Below are positions 7,378 to 16,666 of a stretch of 64,000 nucleotides of DNA, piece by piece (position 1 is the stretch's first letter; each line of letters opens with the position of its first letter). Below the pieces are notes generated by a model, which did not search any database, was not told where the DNA came from, and worked only from the letters and a program-made list of their open reading frames with translations. Source of the DNA: a virus; IMG/VR virus record IMGVR_UViG_3300025276_000021, one strand, 5' to 3'. Made by a program: the position numbers and the translations under genes.

Positions 7378-7411
7378 TATTTAGACTAACACGCTAGTCC
7401 AATAATGTCAA
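7378..7411 (-). promoter_or_regulatory. sigma70-like promoter overlapping a CTAAATA late-like element, upstream of the internal-protein block
   Basis: TTGACA-17-TAGTCT with TG extension, overlapping TCTAAATA. Confidence 0.5.
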
Positions 7412-7419
7412 TAGTAGAT

Positions 7420-7836
7420 TTACTTTTTTCCGATGTTATATTTGGGACACAATTCCCAATTTACTTTTTCTTTAAAAGGAATAATCTTAATCTGTCTCAG
7501 AGGTGCCATAATTTCGGCTGCCTTACCATTAACTAAAGTAATCAATCCCCAATCAGAAATGAGTGTTGCTATAGTGTTTCTTCTAGCAACGTCACTTTCT
7601 TCAAGGTTAGATTTTTTACCATCTAGTAGAAATAGTTCCTTAAAATGTACTATAAAGTATCTACCCTGCTTATGCAGAATATGACACGATTGAAATAATT
7701 TATTCTCTTTTCTACTCGAAACGCCGATTCTAGTTAAAGTTTCACGAACCTTCAGAAAATCGTCAGGTTCGTTTAAGGTAATCTCTAACATGGATTCCGG
7801 AGTCCAAGCAACTATATTTGATTCATCCATTGTCAA
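7420..7836 (-). CDS. regA: translational repressor RegA
   Basis: MLEITL.EPDDFLKVRETLTRIG...LFQSCHILHKQGRYFIVHFKELF. Confidence 0.97.
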   Translation of the reverse strand: MTMDESNIVAWTPESMLEITLNEPDDFLKVRETLTRIGVSSRKENKLFQSCHILHKQGRYFIVHFKELFLLDGKKSNLEESDVARRNTIATLISDWGLITLVNGKAAEIMAPLRQIKIIPFKEKVNWELCPKYNIGKK

Positions 7837-7874
7837 CTCACTTTTTTTCTTATATTTTCATTACATGACAATGC

Positions 7875-7882
7875 TATTTATA
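7875..7882 (-). promoter_or_regulatory. T4-type late promoter upstream of regA
   Basis: TATAAATA in the intergenic gap. Confidence 0.65.
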
Positions 7883-7899
7883 CATTTTAAGAATTTACG

Positions 7900-8283
7900 T
7901 TATCGCGCTTTTTTACCACCTTTACTCAACTTTTGTTTAATATGGTCTAAATGCTCTTTTGAAATAAGAGATAGTACCTCTTTGGCACGAGGATTCGAGT
8001 ATCCATAATACTCTTTGATTAATTCTAAGTTTCCAACTTTCTCTGCTTTGAACCACTTAGAAAATCGTTTGCGTTTTCTTACCATATTATTCAAAAAGTC
8101 GTACTGCATTCTAGCAGGAATAGTATGATTAATATTCATTTGATTTGCAATACCAATAGTGTCGTGAAAATAAGATAAGCCACGATTTACCATCCAGCTA
8201 CTATACGCTTTCTCTGCTAAATCGTCTACCATAATATCGTCTTTTTTAATATTGATTGAATTTAAATAATCAAAATGATTCAT
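7900..8283 (-). CDS. gp62: clamp loader small subunit
   Basis: FDYLNSIN...YSSWMVNRGLS...RKRKRFSKW...IKEYYGYS; synteny. Confidence 0.93.
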   Translation of the reverse strand: MNHFDYLNSINIKKDDIMVDDLAEKAYSSWMVNRGLSYFHDTIGIANQMNINHTIPARMQYDFLNNMVRKRKRFSKWFKAEKVGNLELIKEYYGYSNPRAKEVLSLISKEHLDHIKQKLSKGGKKAR

Positions 8284-8888
8284 TATAATGCCTTTATGAT
8301 CGTCTGCATACGCATCACATCCATCACAACATCATGCCGGGCATCATGCGCTATGAATTTTTCTTTGCATCCGTCTGGAATATAACTGTTTCTTGTATTT
8401 GATCCATATAAGAGACCGTCAAGATATGATCTTGTATCACGTACCATCCAGAAAGGATACGGAATAGCATTTCCAGTTTCTTTTAAGATGCCTTCAAGAA
8501 TGGGAATATCAAATGTGTTTCCACGAGTGAATACTGTCTTTAGATTATTCATGTTTACATTTATTACAAAAAAATTATACAGCTTGTCAATAGATTGATC
8601 AATACTAGGATCAGGATCAAGCACTTTCTTAGCTTCAGGACCTTGCGTATTCCACCAATCTAATGTGCCTTTCTGAATTTTTCTATCATATTTCTTAACT
8701 TGCTCAGTAACATCAAATTTCATATATTTTGTATTTTCTAGCAATTCCTCATATGTATAAGGATCATTGCTGAATCTACCACTTGTATATGTAAGTAATC
8801 CTATAGATAGGACAACACCTCTATTGACGTCCGAAGAAAGGGTCTCAAAATCAAAAATTACGCAATCATCTGCTGACATTATAGCCAC
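8283..8888 (-). CDS. dexA: DEDD 3'-5' exonuclease (DexA-like)
   Basis: IFDFETL, RGNTFDIPIL, VRDTRSY, HDARHD. Confidence 0.85.
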   Translation of the reverse strand: MAIMSADDCVIFDFETLSSDVNRGVVLSIGLLTYTSGRFSNDPYTYEELLENTKYMKFDVTEQVKKYDRKIQKGTLDWWNTQGPEAKKVLDPDPSIDQSIDKLYNFFVINVNMNNLKTVFTRGNTFDIPILEGILKETGNAIPYPFWMVRDTRSYLDGLLYGSNTRNSYIPDGCKEKFIAHDARHDVVMDVMRMQTIIKAL

Positions 8889-9817
8889 TCCACATTAGAC
8901 ATTAATTCTGTTAAACACGCTACCGTATTGATTTCTGCATCGGCAACAAATGCATTTTTATATTGATAATCCGCAAGAATAAGAACAACAGCAGGTAAAC
9001 TCGTTGGCTTAACAGTAGCAGACATTTTATCATAAATGCCGCGAAAAATAGCACTACTGTCAGTATCCATATTATTTGCAACCCAGATACGCATTTTCTT
9101 GAAATCTTTATCTTTAAGCAATTTTATGAGATTGCTAATCTCATCCATGCCAGAACTACTAGAACTGCCAGCACTAAGCACACCGCCGATAGACCGTCTC
9201 TGTACTTCATTTAATACCCTTCTCCAGTCAGGAGCATGTTTCAATATAATTTCGCCAACATCAGGATCGTTATATTCAACGCCCTCAGTTTCTAAAATAA
9301 TTTTCAATCTTTTCATAAACTGACTGGCTAATGACGCCATCGCTTTTTTAGATGTATTGAAATCATATACACCACACCGAGAGTGTAAAGGTTCAATGAT
9401 GCGGTTTTTAAAATTACAAGTCAGAATAAATCTACAATTATTAGAAAATTCTTCAATGAAGCCGCGCAGTGCTGGTTGTGTAGATTGTGGATTTAGATAA
9501 TCTGCCTCGTCTAGAATAACAACTTTGTATCCACCCTGTAATGATACTGTTGACGCAAACTGTCTAACTTTGCCGCGCAGAGTGTCGATATTACCCTCTT
9601 CACTTCCGTTGATTACTAGATAATCTAAATCTAGCATTTTACATATAGCTTTTGCAGCCGTAGTCTTACCGCAGCCTGCTGTGCCAGAAAATAACATATT
9701 TGGTATTTCACCAGTTTTGATCACCTCAGTTAAAGTGTATTTCAAATCTTTTGGCAAAATAGTTTCATCTATCGTAGTCGGGCGATACTTTTCTACCCAT
9801 AGGAATTCATCACTCAT
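8879..9817 (-). CDS. gp44: clamp loader large subunit (AAA+)
   Basis: LWVEKYRP, GTAGCGKTT, ILDEAD, SRC motifs. Confidence 0.97.
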   Translation of the reverse strand: MSDEFLWVEKYRPTTIDETILPKDLKYTLTEVIKTGEIPNMLFSGTAGCGKTTAAKAICKMLDLDYLVINGSEEGNIDTLRGKVRQFASTVSLQGGYKVVILDEADYLNPQSTQPALRGFIEEFSNNCRFILTCNFKNRIIEPLHSRCGVYDFNTSKKAMASLASQFMKRLKIILETEGVEYNDPDVGEIILKHAPDWRRVLNEVQRRSIGGVLSAGSSSSSGMDEISNLIKLLKDKDFKKMRIWVANNMDTDSSAIFRGIYDKMSATVKPTSLPAVVLILADYQYKNAFVADAEINTVACLTELMSNVEWL

Positions 9818-9843
9818 CTAATATCTTTCGCTTTGTTCATCAT

Positions 9844-9872
9844 ATAATAACACATTAGTTGCCTAATGTCAA
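9844..9872 (-). promoter_or_regulatory. sigma70-type promoter for gp44
   Basis: TTGACA-17-TATTAT with TG extension. Confidence 0.7.
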
Positions 9873-9879
9873 GTGGTAA

Positions 9880-9900
9880 GGGAGAGCAAATGCTCTCCCC
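9880..9900 (-). terminator. hairpin downstream of the gp45-linked ORF
   Basis: GGGAGAGCA/TGCTCTCCC inverted repeat; weak U-tract. Confidence 0.45.
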
Positions 9901-9910
9901 AACTTTATTT

Positions 9911-10111
9911 TCATTCTTCAGCTTGCTCTTGTTTATAGTTTTCTACAACCTGCACTCCCTGTGTACATTGATCACGCAATTGACCGATAGTCGAAAGTTC
10001 TTCTCCTCTAAAACCACCCCGTTGTGTAACTGTGTCAATAACAGCAATAGCACTCCGCGAAATTTGATTCATAAGGTCGTATGCTTTTTTATGTGGATCT
10101 TTATCAGCCAT
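9911..10111 (-). CDS. hypothetical protein
   Basis: Probable start MADKDPH at 10111 after GGAGAG; IDTVTQRGGFRGEELSTIG. Confidence 0.75.
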   Translation of the reverse strand: MADKDPHKKAYDLMNQISRSAIAVIDTVTQRGGFRGEELSTIGQLRDQCTQGVQVVENYKQEQAEE

Positions 10112-10118
10112 TTGTAAT

Positions 10119-10796
10119 TTACTCTCCGTAAGTTGATGTTTTTTCAAGTGCAATCCAATATTGCAGTCCGTTCTCAGTATTAGTTAGTTTTGAAATTAGT
10201 TTAGATGAAATTTCAACATCGTAGGTTCCTGTAAGAATTTTAAGATTATTAATATTATACACGAACTTATATGTAGCAATATCAGAAGTCGCAGGGATAT
10301 CAATAGAATAAGTATTTGCTGTTGCGTTCTCTAACGTGGTTACTGTCAATTTAGCAAGACCGTCACCACCATCTTGAATAACTAATTCTGAATGTCCGAG
10401 CGCACTAGCTGCAGCTTTTACATTTCCGAGTGTAGTTTCGTCTAATGTCAGTTTAATATTGCCTTCTGGCATTCTAACATCTTTAGTTGTTTTTGTGAGC
10501 ATTTCTGTATCAGAAAAGAAATACTTAATATTCGAACGACCTGAGGAATCACCGACAACGCAATGCTTATCAGCAAATGTAAGTTTTGGCTCATCTACTA
10601 ATCTCAGTACGCTAAGAAATTCACTTAGATCGTAAATACCGAACTCTTGTGGAAATGTTTCTTCAACAGTAACTTTAGCCAGAATGTTTTTTGCTTCGGA
10701 AATAGTTCTAATCGTTTGACCTTCTTCAATAACAATATTACTATTGATCGAGGCAAAATTTCTAAGAATCTCAATTGTCTGTGTAGATAGTCGCAT
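10119..10796 (-). CDS. gp45: sliding clamp
   Basis: MRLSTQTIEILRNFASIN...FGIYDLSEFL...YWIALE. Confidence 0.96.
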   Translation of the reverse strand: MRLSTQTIEILRNFASINSNIVIEEGQTIRTISEAKNILAKVTVEETFPQEFGIYDLSEFLSVLRLVDEPKLTFADKHCVVGDSSGRSNIKYFFSDTEMLTKTTKDVRMPEGNIKLTLDETTLGNVKAAASALGHSELVIQDGGDGLAKLTVTTLENATANTYSIDIPATSDIATYKFVYNINNLKILTGTYDVEISSKLISKLTNTENGLQYWIALEKTSTYGE

Positions 10797-10826
10797 AATA
10801 TAGTCTCCATTGTGTGTATCTGAATT

Positions 10827-10855
10827 ATTATATCATAGTTTATTTGTATTGTCAA
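10827..10855 (-). promoter_or_regulatory. consensus sigma70 promoter for gp45
   Basis: TTGACA-17-TATAAT with TG extension. Confidence 0.75.
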
Positions 10856-10859
10856 CCTT

Positions 10860-12575
10860 TTATTTTAACTTGCTGAAATTTTTGTCTTTGTAAAATTCCA
10901 GCTTTTCTTCGAATTTTCCATCTAGTATTTCGCCTTTATGTGATATGACAAACACGTTAGTATCATCGTCAAGAGTATAGAGTATTTTCATAAGATTGTC
11001 AACCCCATCATGGTCCAATGATGAATCAAATGTTTCATCTAATATCAATAAGTTTGTAGCTACAGAATTTTTCATCTTAGCTATTTGACGCCAAGTGAAT
11101 AGTAGTGCCAGGTCGATACGCTGTTTTTCTCCTTCAGAAAATGAATCATATGAAAACGCATCACGATGGCGAGATCGGATAGTTTCTTGAAAACTTTCAT
11201 CTAGATCGAAATGTACAAAAAAATCTAGGACCTGCAAATATTTGTTTACAAGATTATTTATGACCGGAAGATATTCTTTAATAACTTTAGTTTTAATTCC
11301 AGTATCTTTTAACATTTCAGTCATAACACTGTTATAAAGCATATTTTCATTCAATTCATATCTATCAGAATTTATGCTTTTCTGATCATCAAACATATCG
11401 TTTAATTCGGTATTTGCCTTATTTAAATCGCCTGACGCGCCCTGTGTCGTATTTAATTCGTCTTGATAAGATTGTATTTGTGTTTGCATTCTAGAAATTG
11501 TAGTGCTGTTAGAAGATATAGTGGACAATTTTGCTCGGATGTTATTTGCTAAACCTGTGAAACGCTCAATAGTTTCTTCTACAATAGCAGACTCTTTAGA
11601 GCCTTGTTCCATAGCTTCTTTTAGTTCTTTAGCTTTTGATTGTGCTTCCGCAAGATTCGTGTCGCGTAGTACACTATCAATATTCTGAGTACATGTTGGA
11701 CATGTTTCGTTTTGTTCATAAAATTTTGCATCTTTGACAAGTGTTTTTATTTTTGTCTGAAATTGCGCTTGGTATTGCAAAAGTGTCTGTTTTTTGTCAT
11801 TAGCTTTATTCAACTCTATTTGCATATTAGATTGATTTTCTTGGACAAATTCATCACATATGATATTTTCTTTTTCTAATATAGAGATATCCTTTCTGAT
11901 TTTCTCTATATCTGCTTTGCGCTTAGAAATAAAATCGTCGTTCAATGATGTTATACCGTCAATATATTTCTTTTGAGTTGAAATTTTATTATCTAACAAA
12001 TCCAACGAATACTTTATTTCCTTTGACTTATCTTTTAGTCTTGAATTTTTCTCTTTCAAAATAGTATTCATTTTTGAAAAGACGTTGATATCCAATAAAT
12101 CTTCAATAACATCTCGACGGTGTTGGGCAGGTAGCTGCATGAAAGGAATAAAAGAAGATGAACCTAGAACGATGATCTGGTGAAAAGATTTGTGATTCAG
12201 CTTTAAAATGTTTTGCTCTAATATTTTTTGATATTCTTTAGCATGTGATGATTGATCAACCATAGAGCCGTTTGTCCAAATCTCGAAGGCTGTGGGTTTT
12301 ATACCTCTCACAATTTTAAACTCATTACTGCCGACAGTAAATTCAACCTCAACAACACAATCTTTATTGTTTATAGAGTTTACTAGTTGTGGCTTGTTAA
12401 TATTACGATGAGGTTTGCCAAACAAAGAAAATGAGAGTGCGTCAAGTAGCGTAGATTTGCCAGCGCCGTTTTGTCCAACAATCAATGTGGACTTTATTTT
12501 ATTCAAATTTATTTCTGTCCAGTTGTTACCCGTAGACAAGAAATTTTTATAACGCAATGATTTAAATACTATCAA
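10860..12575 (-). CDS. gp46: recombination endonuclease subunit (SMC/Rad50-like)
   Basis: GQNGAGKST, CPTC zinc hook, FSEGEK, LILDETFD. Confidence 0.97.
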   Translation of the reverse strand: MIVFKSLRYKNFLSTGNNWTEINLNKIKSTLIVGQNGAGKSTLLDALSFSLFGKPHRNINKPQLVNSINNKDCVVEVEFTVGSNEFKIVRGIKPTAFEIWTNGSMVDQSSHAKEYQKILEQNILKLNHKSFHQIIVLGSSSFIPFMQLPAQHRRDVIEDLLDINVFSKMNTILKEKNSRLKDKSKEIKYSLDLLDNKISTQKKYIDGITSLNDDFISKRKADIEKIRKDISILEKENIICDEFVQENQSNMQIELNKANDKKQTLLQYQAQFQTKIKTLVKDAKFYEQNETCPTCTQNIDSVLRDTNLAEAQSKAKELKEAMEQGSKESAIVEETIERFTGLANNIRAKLSTISSNSTTISRMQTQIQSYQDELNTTQGASGDLNKANTELNDMFDDQKSINSDRYELNENMLYNSVMTEMLKDTGIKTKVIKEYLPVINNLVNKYLQVLDFFVHFDLDESFQETIRSRHRDAFSYDSFSEGEKQRIDLALLFTWRQIAKMKNSVATNLLILDETFDSSLDHDGVDNLMKILYTLDDDTNVFVISHKGEILDGKFEEKLEFYKDKNFSKLK

Positions 12576-13636
12576 GATATTTCCAATACTTGTGCTTCAG
12601 TCAAAAGATTTCTCATTTCAATTTTGATTCTATTTTTATCTAAATCCGTATCTACATTGTCTACATAACTATCCAACAAAGTTGTCGTATCCTCTATAGA
12701 AACACCTTCATCGCCAACTCTTTCCCCTATAAATTCTTCAAAGTTCTCTGCAATTTTAAGTTCATGGATGTTCTTACTTTGTATTCTATCACATAATCTA
12801 TCGAATGTAAAGGGGTCAGACTTATTTACCACAACTATTTTTACAAATTTTTCATCTAAGTTATCGACATTATATGACGTATAATCATGTTTGGTATCAT
12901 CGTAAACTATTTTTTCAAATAATGTGAATGGATTTCTAATAGCTTCTATTTCTCGGGTTTCAGTATCTAATACATGAAAGTGCTTAGGATCATGAGCGTC
13001 TGACCAGAAAAATTCCATTTGTGTGCCCAAATACATGATGTTTTCTTGCTGAGACTTTGTATGGTAATGTCCAGATATAACAGTCTCAAATCTTGAAAAT
13101 ATATCTTTGTCTAAACCTCCATGACTTTGAATACCTCGCATCATATCAAAACCACACAACTCTAAGTGACCACCAAGAATAGACGCCTTACAATTTTTGA
13201 TAAAATTCATGGATTCTTCATAGTTCTCGGATGTTATCCAGGGTAGTAATGCAATATCAAGACCACTATAATTCATCACTGTGGGTTTCATAATGATATG
13301 AATTTCGTTCATATAGTGACCCAATAATTCTTTTAGTGAATTTAAATCATTTGTATTTTTAAAATATGTATCGTGGTTACCTGGAATAATGTCCATAGTC
13401 ATGCCACGATCACGCATAGGATTTAGAAAACTTTTTCTATTATGCGTTAGAGATTTGAAGTTAATAAATTTCCGGTGGTCGTAATAATCGCCCAAGTGTA
13501 AGATTTGCTTGATATTTTGGGCGTCACAGTAGGGAAACATTATTTCATTGTAAAATTTAGATGCATTTTCTAAAAATATATCCGAGCTATTTCTAATACC
13601 TGTGTGGGTATCATTCAGGATTGCTATTTTTGCCAT
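12572..13636 (-). CDS. gp47: recombination endonuclease subunit (Mre11-like)
   Basis: DTH, LGD, GNHD, GHYH phosphoesterase motifs. Confidence 0.97.
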   Translation of the reverse strand: MAKIAILNDTHTGIRNSSDIFLENASKFYNEIMFPYCDAQNIKQILHLGDYYDHRKFINFKSLTHNRKSFLNPMRDRGMTMDIIPGNHDTYFKNTNDLNSLKELLGHYMNEIHIIMKPTVMNYSGLDIALLPWITSENYEESMNFIKNCKASILGGHLELCGFDMMRGIQSHGGLDKDIFSRFETVISGHYHTKSQQENIMYLGTQMEFFWSDAHDPKHFHVLDTETREIEAIRNPFTLFEKIVYDDTKHDYTSYNVDNLDEKFVKIVVVNKSDPFTFDRLCDRIQSKNIHELKIAENFEEFIGERVGDEGVSIEDTTTLLDSYVDNVDTDLDKNRIKIEMRNLLTEAQVLEIS

Positions 13637-13751
13637 TCAATCTTCTTTCAATTTCAAGTTTTTGTTCCATAATAATTTTTTGCTGAGACTCAAGTTCCTC
13701 ATACTGAATGTCTGCTTCAGATTTCTTAGGAAATTCGACTATATCACCCAT
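13611..13751 (-). CDS. small hypothetical protein (46 aa)
   Basis: Not in the track: MGDIVEFPKKSEADIQYEELESQQKIIMEQKLEIERRLNGKNSNPE. Coupled to the gp55 stop and fills the gp55-gp47 gap. Confidence 0.5.
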   Translation of the reverse strand: MGDIVEFPKKSEADIQYEELESQQKIIMEQKLEIERRLNGKNSNPE

Positions 13752-14347
13752 CATTCTAGAAAATCTTTTAGATCGGAGTCTACATTGACACTTCTTTTCT
13801 TACGCATTTGTTTCTCCTTCTTACCAAATTCTTTCAATTCTGTATCATATTCTTTAACTTTGTCGATACGGTCTTTCAATACGTCAATAAAGTGAGTCGC
13901 AACACTAGCTGAAGCCTCGCCTTGTTCTGTTACCAGAAAAGCTTCAATGCCGGATTGCGACAGATATTTTTCTTTTATCTCTTGCTGTTTCTTTTCTTTT
14001 GCGATACGTCGAAGAAATGCATACCAAATGATCTGTGTAAAATATGCAAATGCGTTCGGCTTACCCGTGCGTGTTACAGCATTGATATTATAATTCTCAA
14101 CAGCTTTTAAGCAATTTTCGACTGCGTCCATTACCATTTCTTCACGGTACGTATATCTAATAAAATTAGACTTGTGAGATAAATTTTCTGCAATATTAAG
14201 GAAACATCTCGCTAAGTAGTTCGGAACAATAGGTAAATCTTGTTCCGCATCTCTAGCGGAATTGACTGTTTTTACATACTCCACGATGTTTGCAGAAAAT
14301 TCTTGATTATTTACATAGTGTGCATTCTTTGTTTTTTTTCTAGTCAT
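13751..14347 (-). CDS. gp55: sigma factor for late transcription
   Basis: HYVNN, NFIRYTYREEMVMDAVENCL, NAFAYFTQI. Confidence 0.96.
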   Translation of the reverse strand: MTRKKTKNAHYVNNQEFSANIVEYVKTVNSARDAEQDLPIVPNYLARCFLNIAENLSHKSNFIRYTYREEMVMDAVENCLKAVENYNINAVTRTGKPNAFAYFTQIIWYAFLRRIAKEKKQQEIKEKYLSQSGIEAFLVTEQGEASASVATHFIDVLKDRIDKVKEYDTELKEFGKKEKQMRKKRSVNVDSDLKDFLE

Positions 14348-14373
14348 TTCACATTTCCTTCATAATTACTAAC

Positions 14374-14402
14374 ATTATAGCACAATTTTTCAATCTAGTC
14401 AA
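14374..14402 (-). promoter_or_regulatory. sigma70-type promoter for gp55
   Basis: TTGACT-17-TATAAT with TG extension. Confidence 0.7.
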
Positions 14403-14439
14403 GAAATAAATTTTTATTTGATATTGAGGCGATTTCGTC

Positions 14440-14467
14440 TTGACATTTATGAAAATTCTGTTATAAT
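14440..14467 (+). promoter_or_regulatory. divergent sigma70-type promoter, antisense to the uvsW operon
   Basis: TTGACA-16-TATAAT with TG extension; no plus-strand gene follows. Confidence 0.5.
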
Positions 14468-14477
14468 AAGACTCTTC

Positions 14478-14939
14478 TTAGTGAAGCGGGGGTATAGTGT
14501 TTCCTCTAGGGAAGTTTATTACAGTAGAATCAGAATCAGATTTCAAATCAACATGACTCATTCCTAATCTTTCCATCCAAGTAGTTGCGTCTAGTTTAAC
14601 GTCTATTTCTTCAGATTTTATATTTTCTCTGCTTTCTTTTAATATTTCTACAGCAGCATCATATTGGTTCATTAAATCTTCACTTGGAATAGTTCTTGCC
14701 ATAATATGTTGGCAATTAAGAGAAACAAGATTTAGTTGTGTATCGTCCGTGAAAGACATCCATGGTCGTAACATTCCTAGAGTTTTGTTCCCACTCAATT
14801 CTTGCTTAACAATCATAAATGCGTTTTTAACAATAACTTCAAATTCATCTTCATATTCTTCTTCAGGTAATTCAATCATATCACATAATAATTCGTCGCC
14901 GTTTGAAAGTTTAATTTGTAAAATGTTACTATTTTTCAT
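14478..14939 (-). CDS. conserved T4-like hypothetical protein (Sm-like fold suspected)
   Basis: QIKLSNGDELLC...LRPWM; usual position after uvsW. Confidence 0.6.
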   Translation of the reverse strand: MKNSNILQIKLSNGDELLCDMIELPEEEYEDEFEVIVKNAFMIVKQELSGNKTLGMLRPWMSFTDDTQLNLVSLNCQHIMARTIPSEDLMNQYDAAVEILKESRENIKSEEIDVKLDATTWMERLGMSHVDLKSDSDSTVINFPRGNTIPPLH

Positions 14940-16444
14940 AACTTAATCCTATACTCTTTATAATCGAATTGCTCTTTGGTATATATCTTTAATCTTTCTT
15001 CGCCGTGGAGAAGCGCGTAGTTTTTTCTTGATTTGTGCTGTAGGTCGTCTACTAGATCGTATAGCTTACTAACTCTCCCATCATCACTTTTTCTCAAACT
15101 TCTTCCGATACTCTGTAAAACTCTAATCTGCGATTTACTAGGTGAAGCAAATACGATGTTATGTAGATTCTTTATATTTATACCAGTACTAAATGTTCCT
15201 AATGATGCTACAATTATAGAGTTCTCTTGTGTCTCAACGATTTTTCTGATTGCCTCTCTATCTGTTGCTTCTGTTTGACCTGATACATAGAATACTTTTC
15301 GATTTTCTTCCGCTTTTTCTGATATAATATCATACAACACTTTGCCATGCTTTTCGACAAATTGAAATAAAACAAGAGTATTTCCTTTAGCGTCAATAGC
15401 TAAATTTCGTATAAAATTATTTCTCGATTCGTTTAGTACGATCCAGTTTATTTCTTGTGCATAAGTTTTTCCTACATTTTCTATCTTATCTTCGTCGTTA
15501 TATTCTAGGGTTAACATAAAGATATTCAATGCAGCTAAGGTATCATCGTCTTGTAGTTTCTTTGTTGTAGTTACTTTTCTTACTTTACCGAACAAACCTT
15601 CTAACACAAGTTTGTGTGTCTGTGTACCATCTAGTGTACCTGTAGTACCGAAGCGATATGCGGTATTAACACATTTATTCATAATTGATGATAATGATTT
15701 CGATTTGAATCCGTGACACTCATCACCAAATGTTACGCCAAATTCCGCAAACCAATTAGGCTGTAGTTTGTAAATAGATTGCCATGTGCTGATAACAATA
15801 CGTTCCTCAAGATCATGCTTTGCTTTTCCGGAATAGATAACGTGCGCTTCTTTTTCTATATCAAACGAACTATCATGTGTTGAATAGTCGCCAAAATCTG
15901 CAAACATTTGCTGTACTAAAGAAGTTGTAGGAACAATAACTAAAACTTTATCTTCGTGATTTTGCATATACCAACGCATTAGTACATAGATAATTAAAGA
16001 TTTACCTGAGCCTGTTGGAGAAAGTAAAATTGATCTTTTATTTTTAATTGCTGTGCATATAGCATCGAATTGGTAGTCTCTTACTGTAATGGGATTACCA
16101 CGACTTCTTAATTTTAAAGTTTCGATAAATTGCATAATATTGTCAGGATCAACTTGATTGTACTGTTCTGGTGAACCATACTCACCGTCCTCATAATCAA
16201 GTTCATATCCGCGCTGTTTCGCAAAAGCTTTTAGTTGATGCAATAGACCAGCAGGCAATTCTTGCGTCATTCCGTTAAATATGCGAATTTTGCCATCCCA
16301 AACTTTGTTTTTATAGAGCGGCATAAATTTGTAACCATCTACAAAGAAGCTAAAGTATTCGTTTAGTTCCATAAGAATGCCGCTGTCGCAGTCAACTAGT
16401 AGCTGACTTTCGTTTTTCTTCATTACAGTAATTTTTTCAATCAT
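14936..16444 (-). CDS. uvsW: SF2 DNA helicase UvsW
   Basis: SPTGSGKS, GDECH, GTTGT, QSIGRSLR. Confidence 0.96.
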   Translation of the reverse strand: MIEKITVMKKNESQLLVDCDSGILMELNEYFSFFVDGYKFMPLYKNKVWDGKIRIFNGMTQELPAGLLHQLKAFAKQRGYELDYEDGEYGSPEQYNQVDPDNIMQFIETLKLRSRGNPITVRDYQFDAICTAIKNKRSILLSPTGSGKSLIIYVLMRWYMQNHEDKVLVIVPTTSLVQQMFADFGDYSTHDSSFDIEKEAHVIYSGKAKHDLEERIVISTWQSIYKLQPNWFAEFGVTFGDECHGFKSKSLSSIMNKCVNTAYRFGTTGTLDGTQTHKLVLEGLFGKVRKVTTTKKLQDDDTLAALNIFMLTLEYNDEDKIENVGKTYAQEINWIVLNESRNNFIRNLAIDAKGNTLVLFQFVEKHGKVLYDIISEKAEENRKVFYVSGQTEATDREAIRKIVETQENSIIVASLGTFSTGINIKNLHNIVFASPSKSQIRVLQSIGRSLRKSDDGRVSKLYDLVDDLQHKSRKNYALLHGEERLKIYTKEQFDYKEYRIKL

Positions 16445-16664
16445 CTAATAGTCCGTCTCTCCAACTTGATGAATTTGCGTTTTGTTCTATTTTCTTTCTC
16501 TTATCTGTCTGTGCGAGAACAGGCAGATATAATCTCAAAGCCTCTTCGATAATTTGTGTTCTAGTCCTATATCTAGTGATATAAGAGTCAACTTCTGATA
16601 AAAGTTCAACGTCGAGCCTTGCTCTAACACTGAAAGTAGGAACTTTAGGATGTTTGCTGCCCAT
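16437..16664 (-). CDS. ribbon-helix-helix (CopG/Arc-like) DNA-binding protein
   Basis: FSVRARLDVELLSEVD...TRTQIIEEALRLYL: beta-strand plus two-helix pattern. Confidence 0.65.
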   Translation of the reverse strand: MGSKHPKVPTFSVRARLDVELLSEVDSYITRYRTRTQIIEEALRLYLPVLAQTDKRKKIEQNANSSSWRDGLLDD

Positions 16665-16666
16665 TT

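Noticed and set aside
14485-14560. GCGGGGGTATAG as a possible tRNA 5' end
   Set aside because: No cloverleaf or T-loop follows. No tRNA genes were recognised anywhere in the window.
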